A stretch of 62,983 bases of DNA, the filler included, from Choristocarpus tenellus KU-1152 (lineage: Eukaryota > Protista > Phaeophyceae), in NCBI GenBank assembly GCA_964200185.2. It is 11 parts of 11 records of this genome, joined end to end, with 100 filler letters (N's around TTAATTAATTAA, not from the genome) between each part and the next. Parts side by side here need not be neighbours in the genome. Positions count along the whole stretch, not along the records: positions 48,132 to 52,772 come from CAXNAD020013670.1; positions 52,873 to 62,983 come from CAXNAD020003144.1; 9 more parts are not named here. The stretch is one strand, 5' to 3'. The notes below the pieces were generated by a model. That model had not been told where the DNA came from and did not search any database. It saw nothing but the letters and a program-made list of their open reading frames with translations. Below are positions 50,626-62,983 of this stretch, in pieces; within the stretch, counting starts at the first letter, position 1; every line of letters begins with the position of its first letter. A program made the translations under genes and the position numbers.

Positions 50626-53099
50626 CATCAACCCAAAAATGTGATATGGGGGTTAGGGCAGCGATGTTAACAAGTATTTTTGTGAGGGAGTATACGATCA
50701 GTATATAAATAATTCACTTTGTGAACTCTGTAGACCTTGTTTCAAGATTTTCTAACAAGACTGTGTGGAGTTGGTCAAGGTGTATGCCAGGGATATGGTG
50801 TCATGCAAATTAAGGAGAGATGCGCAATGCAGTGATGGACGTTTAGAAAGGGTGTAGTAAAGGACGGGTAATTGGTGTGCATGGTGGTCTCAGGGAAGAA
50901 CAACACAAACGCTTATTTTATGGTCTTCGACAATCGTAATAATCGTTTTGGAATTTGGGAGGAGAGGGGGAGAGAGTGGTGCACGTGGTGGCTGGCTTCA
51001 TCGACAATATGAGAGAGGCGTATAAATTGAAATCCCAATCGTTGAAAAATAATGGTGACCTAATGATTTCGTTTAGATGCGTTGACTTCGTACTCGTCTA
51101 GATGTTGGCCGGGCTAAAAATGGCATGGTTTCAAAATATGGGGAATGACGACATCGACCTTCTAGTTTGGCGGAGGGTTTCTGGTTTCTGGGTGCGATGG
51201 AGTGTTTCATCCAAACAGGTTGCAGAATGATGGATGGGGGTGTGTGTGTTCTGGACAGGAATATGGCGATTTCATGTGCGGGTTTAATTTTCCTAAAACT
51301 AACCATGAATTAAATGTGGGTGCCAACGGTCCAGTTGGTGTTGTGTACAACAGGGTTGAGGAAAATAAGATTGGTGTGTGGTTATGTTATACACCCGCGC
51401 ACACACTCTGCCGTGTTCGGGGGATGGGTACAATATGGTTTACTATGCCTCTGAAATATTATGCGGACTTTTTAATAATGAAGGTGGGATAACACGGTCA
51501 GAGCGATTTGGGGATGAATAATTCCCCAATCCTACGGAAAGGCCAATGAACATTGGTATATACAGTGATCGGCGGGTTTTACGTAGAATATTGTGAATGT
51601 GCGGCTGAATGCAATGGGAGAAAGATCGGGTGGTAAAATTCGATACAGTACCAGCTCGAATGCGTGACGCCAACAGGCCAAGAAAAGATGTCCAACGATC
51701 ATCCTTTCCCATACCCATGTTCCTACGCGGGTATGAGGTGCTTGGTTTAATAGAAACGAATTCGGAAATAGTACACAGACCTTACATTCTTATCCTCTGA
51801 AAGTTTCTAGGACGAGGAGGAATTGGCGCAGGTTCTAAGTGTGTGTAGGGGCATATAAGAGGGGAAATATATAGATGAACCTCAAGGGTTGAGGTTGAAT
51901 GGTTGAGTTTACACATGATGCCACGTGTTGCCATTGAAGCTAGGATAGGGAGGTTGATATAAGGCAAATCATTCATCATGCGCAGTGGTGTCTGCTGAGA
52001 GTGGGGGATGAGATTTGTCTTATGTGCGTTTGGGTTGAATGCTCTGGATGTAGAGTGCACATTTATTCCGTCAAACTTACTTCTTCTGTGCTGCTTTTGA
52101 CATCCTTAAGTCGAGCAATTACGATGACTTTCTGCGTTTGACCTTTGCAGGGGGGTGATGTGGGTGCATTGCAAAGCGGGCACAGCGGAAACCTGTAGGG
52201 GAGGAGAAGGCACGTTTGGCGCTTAGTCGCTGGTCTGGATGGAGGGGTCGCCACGAGTGGGTTAATTCTGGTCTCGACATCTATGCACCTCCTTCTCGTG
52301 TACAGAATAGGGCCAGCTGTTCATTCACCTCTCACACTATCGTTGTACATAAGATGTAACACTGATACAATGAGATATTCGCATACGTGTATCATGAACA
52401 TACGCATACAGATGATGTACAATGGTTTTGTACAAAATCTAACATAACATAAACATGAAAAATATATCGGTCTGCATCCGTTACATATTACACTCCTTCT
52501 CATACCTCCATCCAATCAGGTTTCATTCCTTCATACCTTCAATGAAAATACCTGTGTCATCAAATGTCGATACCACTTTGTAGGGGCAAATGCCTGGGCC
52601 TCGACTCAACCTCTGGAACTAGTGTGCCAGATCCCCCCTCTGGAATTCAAGCTCACAGTCAGCAGATTCCAAGGGAGGGAGGAGGTCCTATCAAACAGGT
52701 GCCCAATGGCAGGGTGCAGGAGGCAAAATGTCGATACCAGACATGCCCGCACCTGCCCCAGGGCAGGGGTACNNNNNNNNNNNNNNNNNNNNNNNNNNNN
52801 NNNNNNNNNNNNNNNNTTAATTAATTAANNNNNNNNNNNNNNNNNNNNNNNNNNNNNNNNNNNNNNNNNNNNGGAAATCGCAACATTGGATTTTGGCCCC
52901 CAAATGGACGCGGCCCTACCCTCTAAGATACTTTGACTCTGAACTTACACTATCCATCCGACGCATGCAACCAAATCACCAAAAAAATCGTGACATGGAA
53001 TTATGGACCCCAAATGGACAGTTGCCACCCCCACTCAGATTCTCTGAGCCTTCTTTACATTTTGTTTTTTTGGCAGTTCTTTCTGTACCTCCATCAATA

Positions 53100-54300
53100 T
53101 ATAGTGAACAATCCAAGTGAGATCCAGCATATTTTACGATATGTTCATTGTGGCACCGTTTTCGAGCCTCATCATCTACCTTCAGGATTATGGATTGGGG
53201 CTACATATCCCACCAAGGTAAGCAGGTGGTAAGTTTGTTTACTGTGAGAACCGTCAGCAACGGTGCTGCTATTACTGCTGAGATCATCCGGATGAGTCAG
53301 AAAGCTTGGAATTTTTTTTCGCACATACAGCCCTGTGTTTTGCGACAGCACCTCAAGTGCCTCACATGAGCTTAAGATTTGGATGCACAAACCTGGAATA
53401 CTTGAAGATCTGTTGCATGGTTGTATGACATGGACACTCCGCCAGACCCATCTTCTAAAGCTCTGTTCCCACCATTATTAATTTCTCCTCTGCTGTATGT
53501 CTTTCCGAAAATGGGAACGGACCAATCATGTCCTCTGCTCTATAGATGCTCCTATAAAAAATGAGTGTGGGAGTATTAAAGCAACAGTGCGCAACTATAG
53601 GCTCCAACTTGCTAGGTCAGTTGCTTGCCTGTGGGATGAGTGACATTCCTAGGGTATTATTGTATGTTTAGAGTGCTTGCAAATGGAATACGGAAGCAAG
53701 ATGGACAGGAAATGAAGTGGTGGACAAGTCTCCGAGATGACCTTGACACGTTTGGGGATTGAAGTTCAGGGTTGGAGTACGAAGATCACTACGAATAAGT
53801 GTAGTGTGGATGTGTGATCGAGGGCACATTGAGGTTGATGACTGAGTGGCATACCAAGGAAGCTGTCATAGATAGCTGATGTACATCACACCCAAGCAGC
53901 AGGTAAGGTCCAACAAACTACCACCACCTCCATCGCTGACGGCTGAACGTTGTAGGCTTATTCTTTTGCATCTTTTGTTCATTTCTTTCTTGTCTTCCTT
54001 CCCCTCCTGTTACTGGGTGTTGGTGTTTTTCACCTTTTACGAGTTATAATTCTTCCTCCTCTTCTATTATTTTCCCTCCTTTTCCTTTTTTTTAAAATTA
54101 TTTTTCTTGTACATATATTGTGGTTGTTGTGTTTTCTTGATGACTGTGTTTGGCCTTCTACACTATTTTTTCTACATCAGTTCTGGGATATCTCACAAGA
54201 GTTGTGTATTAAATAATAGTAATATTTCTATTAGTCTATTTTTATATTATTATGCCTTTTGAAATTTAGCAGATGTGTGAGGGGCAAAACCAATGAAAAG
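53100..54300 (+). mobile_element. 5'-truncated, decayed RTE-clade LINE (post-RT C-terminal region plus 3' UTR)
   Basis: 'AITAEIIRMSQKAWNFF', 'YSPVFCDSTSSASHELKIWMHKPGILEDLLHGCMTWTL' (LK......E.LLYGC.TW), 'SIKATVRNYRLQLA', 'GQEMKWWTSLRDDLDTFG', 'RLMTEWH'. Confidence 0.7.
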
Positions 54301-54647
54301 TCGATTCAGTATTGTAAGAACCTAGATTTTTTTTTTCACATTTACCCAACCGTATCTTTTATATATTTACTACTTAACTACCACACGCACCATTCCCCCT
54401 CCTATTATGCCTCCAACTTAGCTTAGCCCTACACCACAGCAGGAGGAGTGGGGGAAGCATCACAACCCTTATTGACAATCTCTCTGGTGTCTCCGGCTTA
54501 TAACGTATGGCATATAGAGAGTTGCTTGTGTTGTTGATATTACGTAATAATAGTGTAATAGTGATGGTATATATTGGTACAATGTAACTAAATATTTTGT
54601 AAATGACCACTCTTGAAAGAGATTTTAATATGTGTATCTTGTAGAAC

Positions 54648-54951
54648 TGTGAAACACATGGAAACAAGCCTACAGGTTCTTCGTAATGAAGGGGAGCCAG
54701 AAGACCCACACGAGGCTAGGAAAAGGAGAGAGACAAGTCAAGAGGGAGAGCAATCCCTCAGAAGATCACTCGGGAAAGGAGTGAAGAAGTGGTAAGTGAA
54801 TGAGGGGGGGTTGTAAGGTCCCCTTAAACCTTCCATTCTTACTTCAAGCAGATATTACCTTCAACATGCAAGAACAAATATCATATGAATATCAGATTCT
54901 TCAAGATAGGTTACCTTCAGGGTATACCTTCTTTAGAAGATGACTCTCACA
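54648..54951 (-). mobile_element. Solo LTR (304 bp) with 4-bp TSD GAAC
   Basis: TGTGA...TCACA termini, with GAAC on both flanks (54644-54647, 54952-54955). Homologous along its length to 39381-39690. Strand taken from the PBS of that paralog. Confidence 0.85.
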
Positions 54952-55322
54952 GAACTACAAATTTCTATATAATATATTGATACACAATATACTTAGAATA
55001 TTGGAAATGACCATTCTAAATGAGATTATAATATCAATTTACAATACTATATTTACTATATTCTGTATAATATGAGGGGGTAATAATTGTATGTGATTCA
55101 TCGTCGTAAAATATTCTGTATAAGAGACAAAATTCAAGATACTGGTAACGGTGAAATGTGAATGGTGATGAGTGAACTATGAACACAATTATCGAATAGA
55201 ACACAAAAATGAGAGCAAAAAGAAATTTCAATTGTCTATGTGCTAGAACCCAACCCACATGTACAACTATTTCAGAGTACATCAGTGGTGGTGCAGTGTC
55301 TATTCTACCTATCATCATTAAA

Positions 55323-56939
55323 ATGAAGTTCCTCTCAATCGTTGCTCTACTGCTACCCGCCATCAGAATCTCATCAGGCTACAATTCTGTGGACTTCGTC
55401 GAATAACAGACGGATGTGAAGATCAAGGCTACTGCGTATGACACGCGCTCTAAGAAGGAAGGAGGTTGCAAGAAGAAGGGCTGCAAGCCTAAATTCGTCC
55501 TGGTCAGTATCTGTCCGTCTGCCCGTAATTTTCCATGGGGAGACAAACTCACACGTTTTATACCCACAGTATCCCAAACCCTTGTCCGTAGGATAGTCTC
55601 TCAATCCTTTCGTGCTAGGTAGTCCACATTCTACAATTTATCCCTTACAAATTCTACTGTTCACCATCGCACACCTTACTGTCTTAATGAGATGCAGGAC
55701 GGAATTGCCAAGGATTCTTCTCGTTGGTCTTGCACCAGGAATCTCTCAGACCCCGAAAAGTGCGTTTTGACACTTACGTTCGGCGAGCGACAGGAAGTTC
55801 TCGACGTTGGTGTTTGTAAGTTCCTCTTCCCAACACAGAAGTTGCAATTAAGAGAATTTGATGCACATTAGACAGTGACAACAATTATTTCTTAAAGCTC
55901 CCTATCGCATGTTCCACGTGTGCAGTACATACCCTCCACGTCGCGTGTGACATACTGCGTTATCAATCCCTACACGTGTGTGCGTGAGATACACACAATC
56001 ACACGCTAGGCTTACACAATACGATTATCTTTTGCAATCTTCCCCACATAAACGCGTTGTCGACTGCACCAATCCATTCTTCAAAAAGCCTTCTACAAGG
56101 GCGACGAAAGGCAGCGCACACTGAAGATCGTCGCGAACGGGAGAAAAGACCTTGGGGAATATACATCTAGCGGGACAACAGACGAAGCCGAGGTATAGTG
56201 CGCCTCATTTTTTTTACTCAAGATTGAGTACTCCCAGTATATTCAGCATGTTCATCAACTTCGTACATATACATGATTTGAGTTTATTCACAATTAGATC
56301 TACAAAACTGTAGTGGTAGCAATGAATGCAATTTGTTCACAGTGTGAGGCTTCCATCTAGCGACTGGTCACTTTGTGCTTTTGTGTGCAGAACATAACAC
56401 TAATGCACAAATCTTCTGTGCCCTCATCCTGCTTGATGACCCTTGTACCATTAACAGTATTTTGATATCTACCCAAAAAATATAAGGACATTGTCCTTCG
56501 AGTCGGTTGGACTGGATGGTGATGAATGGATTAGCATTACTGAGGTAAGCGACTCTACTTCCCGAATTTTGCATTGGTTAAAGAGAGCTCAACTGCATAA
56601 TGGTCTTATCATGGTATTTGAATTAAGATTGCTGACTTTAATCAAGGTGTAGTACCATTTTTTTTTCAAATTCTCTCCTTACAAGTTGGAAAGTCGGCGT
56701 GATTTGGAGTTGTTGCTGTGCTTGAATGAATGTATGCAAGACAGGTTTGCGAAAATGGTTCTTCTAATCATTTTACCCTACAACGCGTCTAACCTCGCCA
56801 AAAACATTCCTAATTAAACATCACACTCTTCATAATTTCTCGCTTACAGCTTCTTATCCTGGTGCCTGCGGAGTTCACTACCACATCCACAATACCCACA
56901 ACTTGGATCACTTCCTTCGAACAAGACCCTTGGGAATAG
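55323..56939 (+). pseudogene. Secreted F5/8 type C (discoidin/CBM32-like) domain protein of the brown-algal repeat family, 5 exons, with one in-frame TAA at codon 28
   Basis: Exons 55323-55502, 55698-55815, 56089-56192, 56458-56544, 56850-56939 are all GT-AG and in phase. Protein: signal peptide MKFLSIVALLLPAIRISSG, then ATAYDTRSKKEGGCKKKGCKPKFVL/DGIAKDSSRWSC...CVLTLTFGERQEV...SFYKGDERQRTLKI...YTSSGTT.../...DEWISITE, then a Thr-rich tail and TAG. The TAA is at 55404-55406. Confidence 0.8.
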
Positions 56940-57649
56940 AGGGAAGGCTTCGAACGATTGTGTGACCAGTCAAAGGTCTTCATCATAGGTACCAGATTAT
57001 AGGAACTCGTTTTAATGGTGGTTGTAGGTGTGCTTACGCCAATTCATATTTTCTGCATGTTCTTATTAACCCATGCATTTTAGTATTCTTTAATCGATGC
57101 GCTTTCTAGACTAAACATTTCAAGTGCGTTTCATTGTCGTAAGGTGAGAGTACCAAACCTGCCACTAAAAAGGCGTTGCTGGTGAGGTACTTCGATAAAA
57201 ATGGGTGAAGTCAAGTACCAGTACTGTATGCCTAATGTGTTTGAAGTGTCCTCCGCTGACTCTAGTGTGTGTTTTTTTGTATCTAATTAAAAGCAGGTGG
57301 AACAAAAGGGACGGTGTCAAATTCAATGAATCCAGTTACTGGTTAACTGTCGATAATACATCAAAATCATGCCACAAAGTTATTCTATGTGGGCGATGAA
57401 GTGATTTAAGCCAAAGAATATACCTAAGAGTTGTTATTCAATATTCACTGTGCAGAGATGAGGCTGTATGTCATGTATCATTTGTTCGTAGTTACACATG
57501 CCACATATGCACGAAGATATGAACTCCTCTGTTCACGCACAAACACTATCAGTAGTGCTGAGTGCTTTCATGTTCCATAACTGTCAACGAAAGTTTCCCA
57601 AGGTTTCCTGTTGCCATGATACCTATCTTCTAGACTGACTTTTTGAACA

Positions 57650-58450
57650 GGGTTTCCCGCTTCGATACTGTAACATGTAAGATTCATAAAAGCAACATCT
57701 ACGTCTATGCACAACGTTGCGCGTTATGTATATTCCCGTTTAGAAATCGGATTCAGCGATTGTCAGCAAGGTATGTCATGGTAAAGATTTATACCTTGTA
57801 TGGAAAGGGTTAAATTTGAATATTATGGTGTGGTCGGGTAGGCTGTACGGATACATTCATCGTATGCTAACATAGCTGGAAAATCACAACTCGAAGGTAA
57901 TTTATAATTTGAACGTAGTGGTACGAGTTGAGGAGTAGTTGGGTGGCTGCTCTAATCCCTTTGGCCAGGTCATACAGGAAACCAGTTGTGATCAAGAGAA
58001 TGATCACAAACATCCAGGTCAGAGGAGAAGCCACAGGGATTAGGGTGAGACTTAAGCAGTGCCTGTGGGGTGTGTTTTGTGCAGCTGATGCAAGTATCGT
58101 GTATAATATCCTAGTATGTTGGAAAGGAGGATGACAGTGATTGCGGAAATGATCAGACCGTTTTGGCCTGTCGTCGAGGTCGAAAAAGCTGCATCAAAAC
58201 ATGTAGTTCAGGGAATTTAGCAAGTGCTTTTTTGCAAGATCTCAGGAGTATCACCTAAGTTTAAAAGAGCAAGGTGAACAGTAGAAAAAACTTTTTGGGT
58301 GGATATGGGTGGAACACAACCTTGAAAAACGGTTAAGGGTTGAGAGAACTAGCCTAGACAAGTGGTGCAAATAATGTGACATCTGGCGTAATGGATTTCA
58401 TGTCAGAGTGGAATTCTGAGGAACGTGAGATAGTAGATGTACGTGACATG
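57650..58450 (+). mobile_element. Decayed RTE-like LINE reverse-transcriptase fragment
   Basis: 'LVWKGL...', and 'KQCLWGVFCAADASIV....DRFGLSSRSKKL', a decayed WGMLYADDAGIV...FGL.VS.KK motif. Confidence 0.55.
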
Positions 58451-61099
58451 TGCGAAAGCAGCAGCCTAAGGGGCCTTGACAAGCACCACGATAGTTGTCT
58501 GCTTAATGGTACTTTCTGACTGCATTTCTCTAGATAGGTTTGAATATTGTCTACGTACCTATTTTTCGCTTTTTCCATCTAATTTGTGAGAGAACATGTG
58601 ATGAGAGGTACTTACTAGAATTGGATAAACCTGATGTGATTGTTTTTTCATTGTGGGGTGAGTACACTATGCCCCATAAGCTCTCTGTTCTCCTGTCGTA
58701 GTAGTAGTAGTAGTAGACACTTCGAATTCTGGTCTTGTGAATCACAGTGGTCAACTTGCTTCGATTCCATTGAATCGCAGTTTGATTGAAACCGAAAATC
58801 TTCGGACCGACTATAATTTTTTTCCTTCCAGGAATGTTAGGAGAAGAGAAGGACAAACAAAACCGCACATGCACCAGAAAAATACCTACAACTACATAGC
58901 AAGCCAAGAATGTGCCCAGGTACTCTGAAGACGGTGGGGGTAGGTATCTGCATTAGTATGAAGCCGTCCCATCTGCAGGATACACCCTTCCGTGTGTATG
59001 GAGAATGATGGCAATGAAAGTGAAGGTCCAGGTGAAGGCAATGAGTCGGCCTTAAACGAAGGCGGTGAGAAATCAACCACTGTTTAAGATGGGTCGCTTG
59101 ATGGAAGAAGACGATCGCATCATATTAGCCACCACGGCATAAATCTGCATTCGGAGTATGTCGCTGGTACACTGTTCAATGGAGAGGGGGAAAAGAGGCC
59201 ATGAAATCAGCCTGAGTAGGTATTGGCGCATATTCAAATTCCAGCCAGAACAATTAGTGACTGGAGGAGATGAGGAGGTTTGAACCATAAATATTCTACA
59301 GGATGAAACCGACTTAATGGTGATCCACGTTTTCCATGTTTACTCGCTTCCTGTACCTCTAACCTACCATTATTCTGCGAGAGAACATTTATGGTCCCCC
59401 ACAAGTATATCAACATTGAACAGAAGGAAGGCACTGGGAAAAGGAATGCAGGAAAGAAATCCGGAGTGCTTCTAGGTGGAATGAAGCATAGAAGCCACCT
59501 ATCACCTGTCAAACTTGTGGACATTCATCACACTTACCCTGTTCCCTCTTCCTCACATTTGAGGTTGTTTCCTGGTCACCAACTACCTTATTGGTCTATT
59601 TCAGTTTCTCCGTTTTACACCTCTCTAATCAATAACCTTCCTTCCTCATCTCTCATCTCACCTCTTTTAAGCTTATTCTTTTGCTCTGTTCAGGTGATAG
59701 GTTTAGAACTAGTAGTTACTTTGGTCCACCATGGAAGCCCAGATGACTCCTAAGGATAAGACATGGGTGACAATATCTCTAATTGTCCCCATTACCCATA
59801 ATATACGAGTAAAGTGGGAGAAAGCAGTGCAAGCCTGCGGCGCCCTCAAAGTCACTACCCTTGAACGGGTGGAAACGAAACATGTGTATGCCAGTGCAGA
59901 ATTGTGATGAATCTGATTTTGTGAATTGTTCTGGTGCAGGGAGGAATATTGCTCAGTACTCTCTGACAGTAACAACAGGCAGCACAGAGGGTTTCAGTGG
60001 AATCAGGTTCAATCTACTTGTCCGAACCCCACAACCAAAATCCTTACAGGACTACCCAGAGAAAGGGCAACACAACAAAGATAATTAGAGGCATCGCAGA
60101 TGAGGAGAGCAGAGGACAGGAGGCAAAGAATCGTCCAGTGCTGAAACCAAGCTCACACAAGGGTCACGATCATCTTGGGCAGGGGCAGCCCCCCCCCTGA
60201 AAAGTCTCGAGGGTTCATAAGAGATTCCCTTCTTATGTGTGTAGGGGGTTCAGCTGATGGCGATGAGATATTGGAACACACGGTCTGGGAGTACATGAAG
60301 CAAAACATGTATAAAGGTTGGTGGTGCCTTCAAGGTCGCAGCTGACTATCCATAATAACTGACATGGATAAGTGGAGCTAACAATATGCAGCTGAAGTGG
60401 TGAAGGGAAGGAGTTCAAAATTTCTCTGCCTGGTCAAACTTGCCCGCTGAATTTGACATCTCTGCTACACAATTAGACTCAGAGTGCATCTTCCCAACAA
60501 CCGAGAAATTATGACCTAATATCGATCAGACTGAGCCCAGTTTATTTGCAGCTTCCTTGTCTTGCTTTGCAACACCTGGGTGAAGGTGGGTGCATCGAAC
60601 GTTGCCAAGAAAGGCAGCGGAAAGAGTTCCTCTTGAAAGACTGAAGCAACAATGTGTAGCCACAAAAAATACGTACTTTAACAAATAATAAAATATATAA
60701 TGATGTTGAATAGAAATATCTCATCCCATAACATCCTGACAATTCTCATTTTAATACTAATATTTTCGCTCACTTATGGTTTCGAAATTCTCCACTTACC
60801 TCCACCCTACGCCCCCCCATCGACCTGTGGTCAGATAGCAATTTTACACTGTACTACATTACCTCTACCCTACAAACTAACTTCTGCACAACAAGTAATT
60901 GCACTGCTCCGTATCTGCCTTGACTTTTTCTCATGCGTTAGGTTCAGTACTCCTACGGGTTGTCCCTCCGTTTGCAGTGAATCTTCTTCACCACGATCGA
61001 GATTTTGGTTGTCCCTTTTTGTGGTTTAGCTTAAGAGTATGATACGGATTACCTCCCCAATGCACTTGCCACGTGGTCCATCAAAGCCAAATTTCCATT

Positions 61100-62250
61100 G
61101 AAGAAAATCTGTTGTGGACCAGGGTACAAACGCCGGCTTTCCGACTGTGGAATGCAGGCGGAAAACCATCTGAGGTGTTACGTGCTGAGGTGTAGTAAAC
61201 TATCCAGTACTTCATTGTGTGGCCTGGTATTGAAGAAGTAGGAATAGTATGCAAGAAGCACACAAAACCTGTTTGGGTTGAAATTAAAGTCTGTTGTGGG
61301 ATGTTGGACTTGTGGATAGAAACTCTCCATTCTATCCAAATGAAAGGAGAATGGAAGTGGGTTTCCATACATTACGACTCTGCACACACGATGGGGAGAT
61401 ACCTTAGAATATCCTTTTTATGGACCCCTCCAAGGGTGAATAACTTCGGACTCGGACCAGCAGTACTCATATGTGGACTAAGGGCAAATAACCTTATCAC
61501 CAGGTACACAAAAAAAGGAAAAGATGAGATGCGTTGGTTGGCACGTTCCTCAATGTCGACATGTTCTTGGAGATTCCAGCGTGTCAATTCAAATGCAAGC
61601 TGTAATTTATCTTTGGTTTCCGAATCAAACTCTTCGGTAGTAACATTTGAATGAATATCACTGGGTGGTAAATGACCTTGTCTCTTCCAATGAGAAAAGC
61701 GGGGTTTCATGCAACTTTCTGCTGCACGAAAGCTAATTGTAAGCGTGACGATTATGAGCTATCCTCAGCAATGGAGATAAACATTGCTAGCATAGAATGT
61801 ATCGTAGCATGTGACCTAGAGGTGCTGACGACAATGAGTGGTAGAGATAAAGGTTGTATAACACTCTCTCGAGTGAAAGTATCTTAGAGGTAACGATTTT
61901 TTCCCCTGTTTATCAGTTTTTGGGCTTGACTTCCCGTGGGTTATTTTATTACATTTTGCCTACTCTGAAACTACTTTACGACAAGGTGTGTCCGGAACAA
62001 GGATACTGACACTTCCTAACAAACACGATAGCCAAATTTAATCAAAATCGCAACATTGGATTTCGGTCCCCAAATGCACACGGCTCTACCCTCTAAGATA
62101 CTTTGACTTAATGTAGGCTAATAGTAAAGTTGATATCCGTTGAATTTCTTGCTGAAGTATCCCTTGATTCCTAGGTCGTTAGGAATATCCAGTCGGGATT
62201 GTGCAAAAATCCTCCAGCACCACTTTCACTGACTCTAACATGGACCATGA
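61100..62250 (-). mobile_element. Ty3/Gypsy integrase C-terminal remnant, interrupted by a MITE
   Basis: 'TIHSMLAMFIS', 'HAYN...HETP', 'KLQLAFELTRWNLQEH', 'AGPSPKLFTLGG' (GPY/F region) and 'FHLDRMESFY' (VH..RLK.FY) occur in the expected order across frameshifts. Confidence 0.6.
61871..62109 (+). mobile_element. MITE family A (internal deletion)
   Basis: Both TIRs present but no clear TSD. Further partial A copies at 40126-40279 and 52873-52939. Confidence 0.85.
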
Positions 62251-62253
62251 ACT

Positions 62254-62431
62254 ACCTCGAAGTATCTGGGGGGGGTGTTGGGTGTCCATTTGATGTCAAT
62301 TTTTTCATGTCGCAATTTTTGGGTGATTTGGTTGCATACGTCCGACGGATAATGTAAATTCACTTTTCCTTATTTTTTACCAAATGGATACCCTGGTGTA
62401 GACCCCCCCCACCACCCAGATAGTTTGGGTC
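62254..62431 (-). mobile_element. MITE family B, TSD AACT
   Basis: Reverse copy with AACT on both flanks. Partial B copies at 35040-35060, 52940-53050 and 62942-62983; a diverged relative at about 34760-34925. Confidence 0.85.
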
Positions 62432-62983
62432 AACTCTTTGGTAAAGTCAGGAAATACTATTCCCCCAACGCCTGGCCTAGTTCCCTTGACCCCAGACTCT
62501 TCGTTACTGGTGTCCTCATCTTCCACATCCTTGTCAGAGTCCACTCCCCCCATCGTCGAAATCTACTCCCCAGCCGTCATCCCAAAGGTTGGCCAACTTC
62601 ACTCCCTCATCCGGATCTGAAAAAGGCTTGACTTGAGCTTGGGTTATTGATCTCGTCGCAATCTCCTTTCGGATGGTCACACAGTCCACAATGAAGACCA
62701 CTTCTTATTGCACTGCAGTATGCTAAAACATAGGCTACTCATCTGTTTGTTCCTTGATACGATATAGTTCCACCAGTGAACACTGACTGTTGATTGATCT
62801 GTTATGTTCTCGACGTTACTGTCACTAGTTCATCATCACCACATCAATTACCATCAGAACACCGTAGTACAGAACAGTCGTTCTGCGTTCCACACGAATA
62901 GTATATAGAGTATATTATACGTCACTTGAGTTGCATCAGATGGCTCAAAGTATCTGGGAGGGGGTGGCGGCTGTCCATTTGGG

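Noticed and set aside
55404-55406. Non-standard genetic code (stop reassignment)
   Set aside because: The in-frame stops in the window are of all three types and lie mostly in decayed regions. The TPC exons contain none.

Overview
Eukaryotic, repeat-rich draft-genome sequence, not a continuous locus. Eleven contigs are joined by ten artificial 100-bp linkers (N44-TTAATTAATTAA-N44), so neighbourhood across a linker means nothing. The gene families, retroelement motifs, long introns and TTAGGG tracts suggest a brown alga or a close stramenopile relative (inference). Two spliced host genes can be reconstructed by hand: the 3' half of a two-pore channel (TPC) gene (8 exons, 25379-30691, one GC-AG intron) and a 5-exon secreted F5/8-type-C/CBM32-like gene with one in-frame TAA (55323-56939). 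The rest is mostly decayed mobile DNA: a mariner (DD39D-like) transposase, hAT, RTE and CRE LINE fragments, Gypsy and Copia remnants, an LTR family (one solo LTR with TSD, one LTR with a tRNA-Ser PBS), and tandem repeats. The most notable pattern is about 20 copies of four MITE families with unrelated interiors. They share GA(G/C)-y-(C/G)AAA-type termini and make both 3-bp and 4-bp target-site duplications, each length supported by internal evidence. Possible Sola-type transposase fossils occur in the same window. All protein-family calls come from motif recognition, not database searches.
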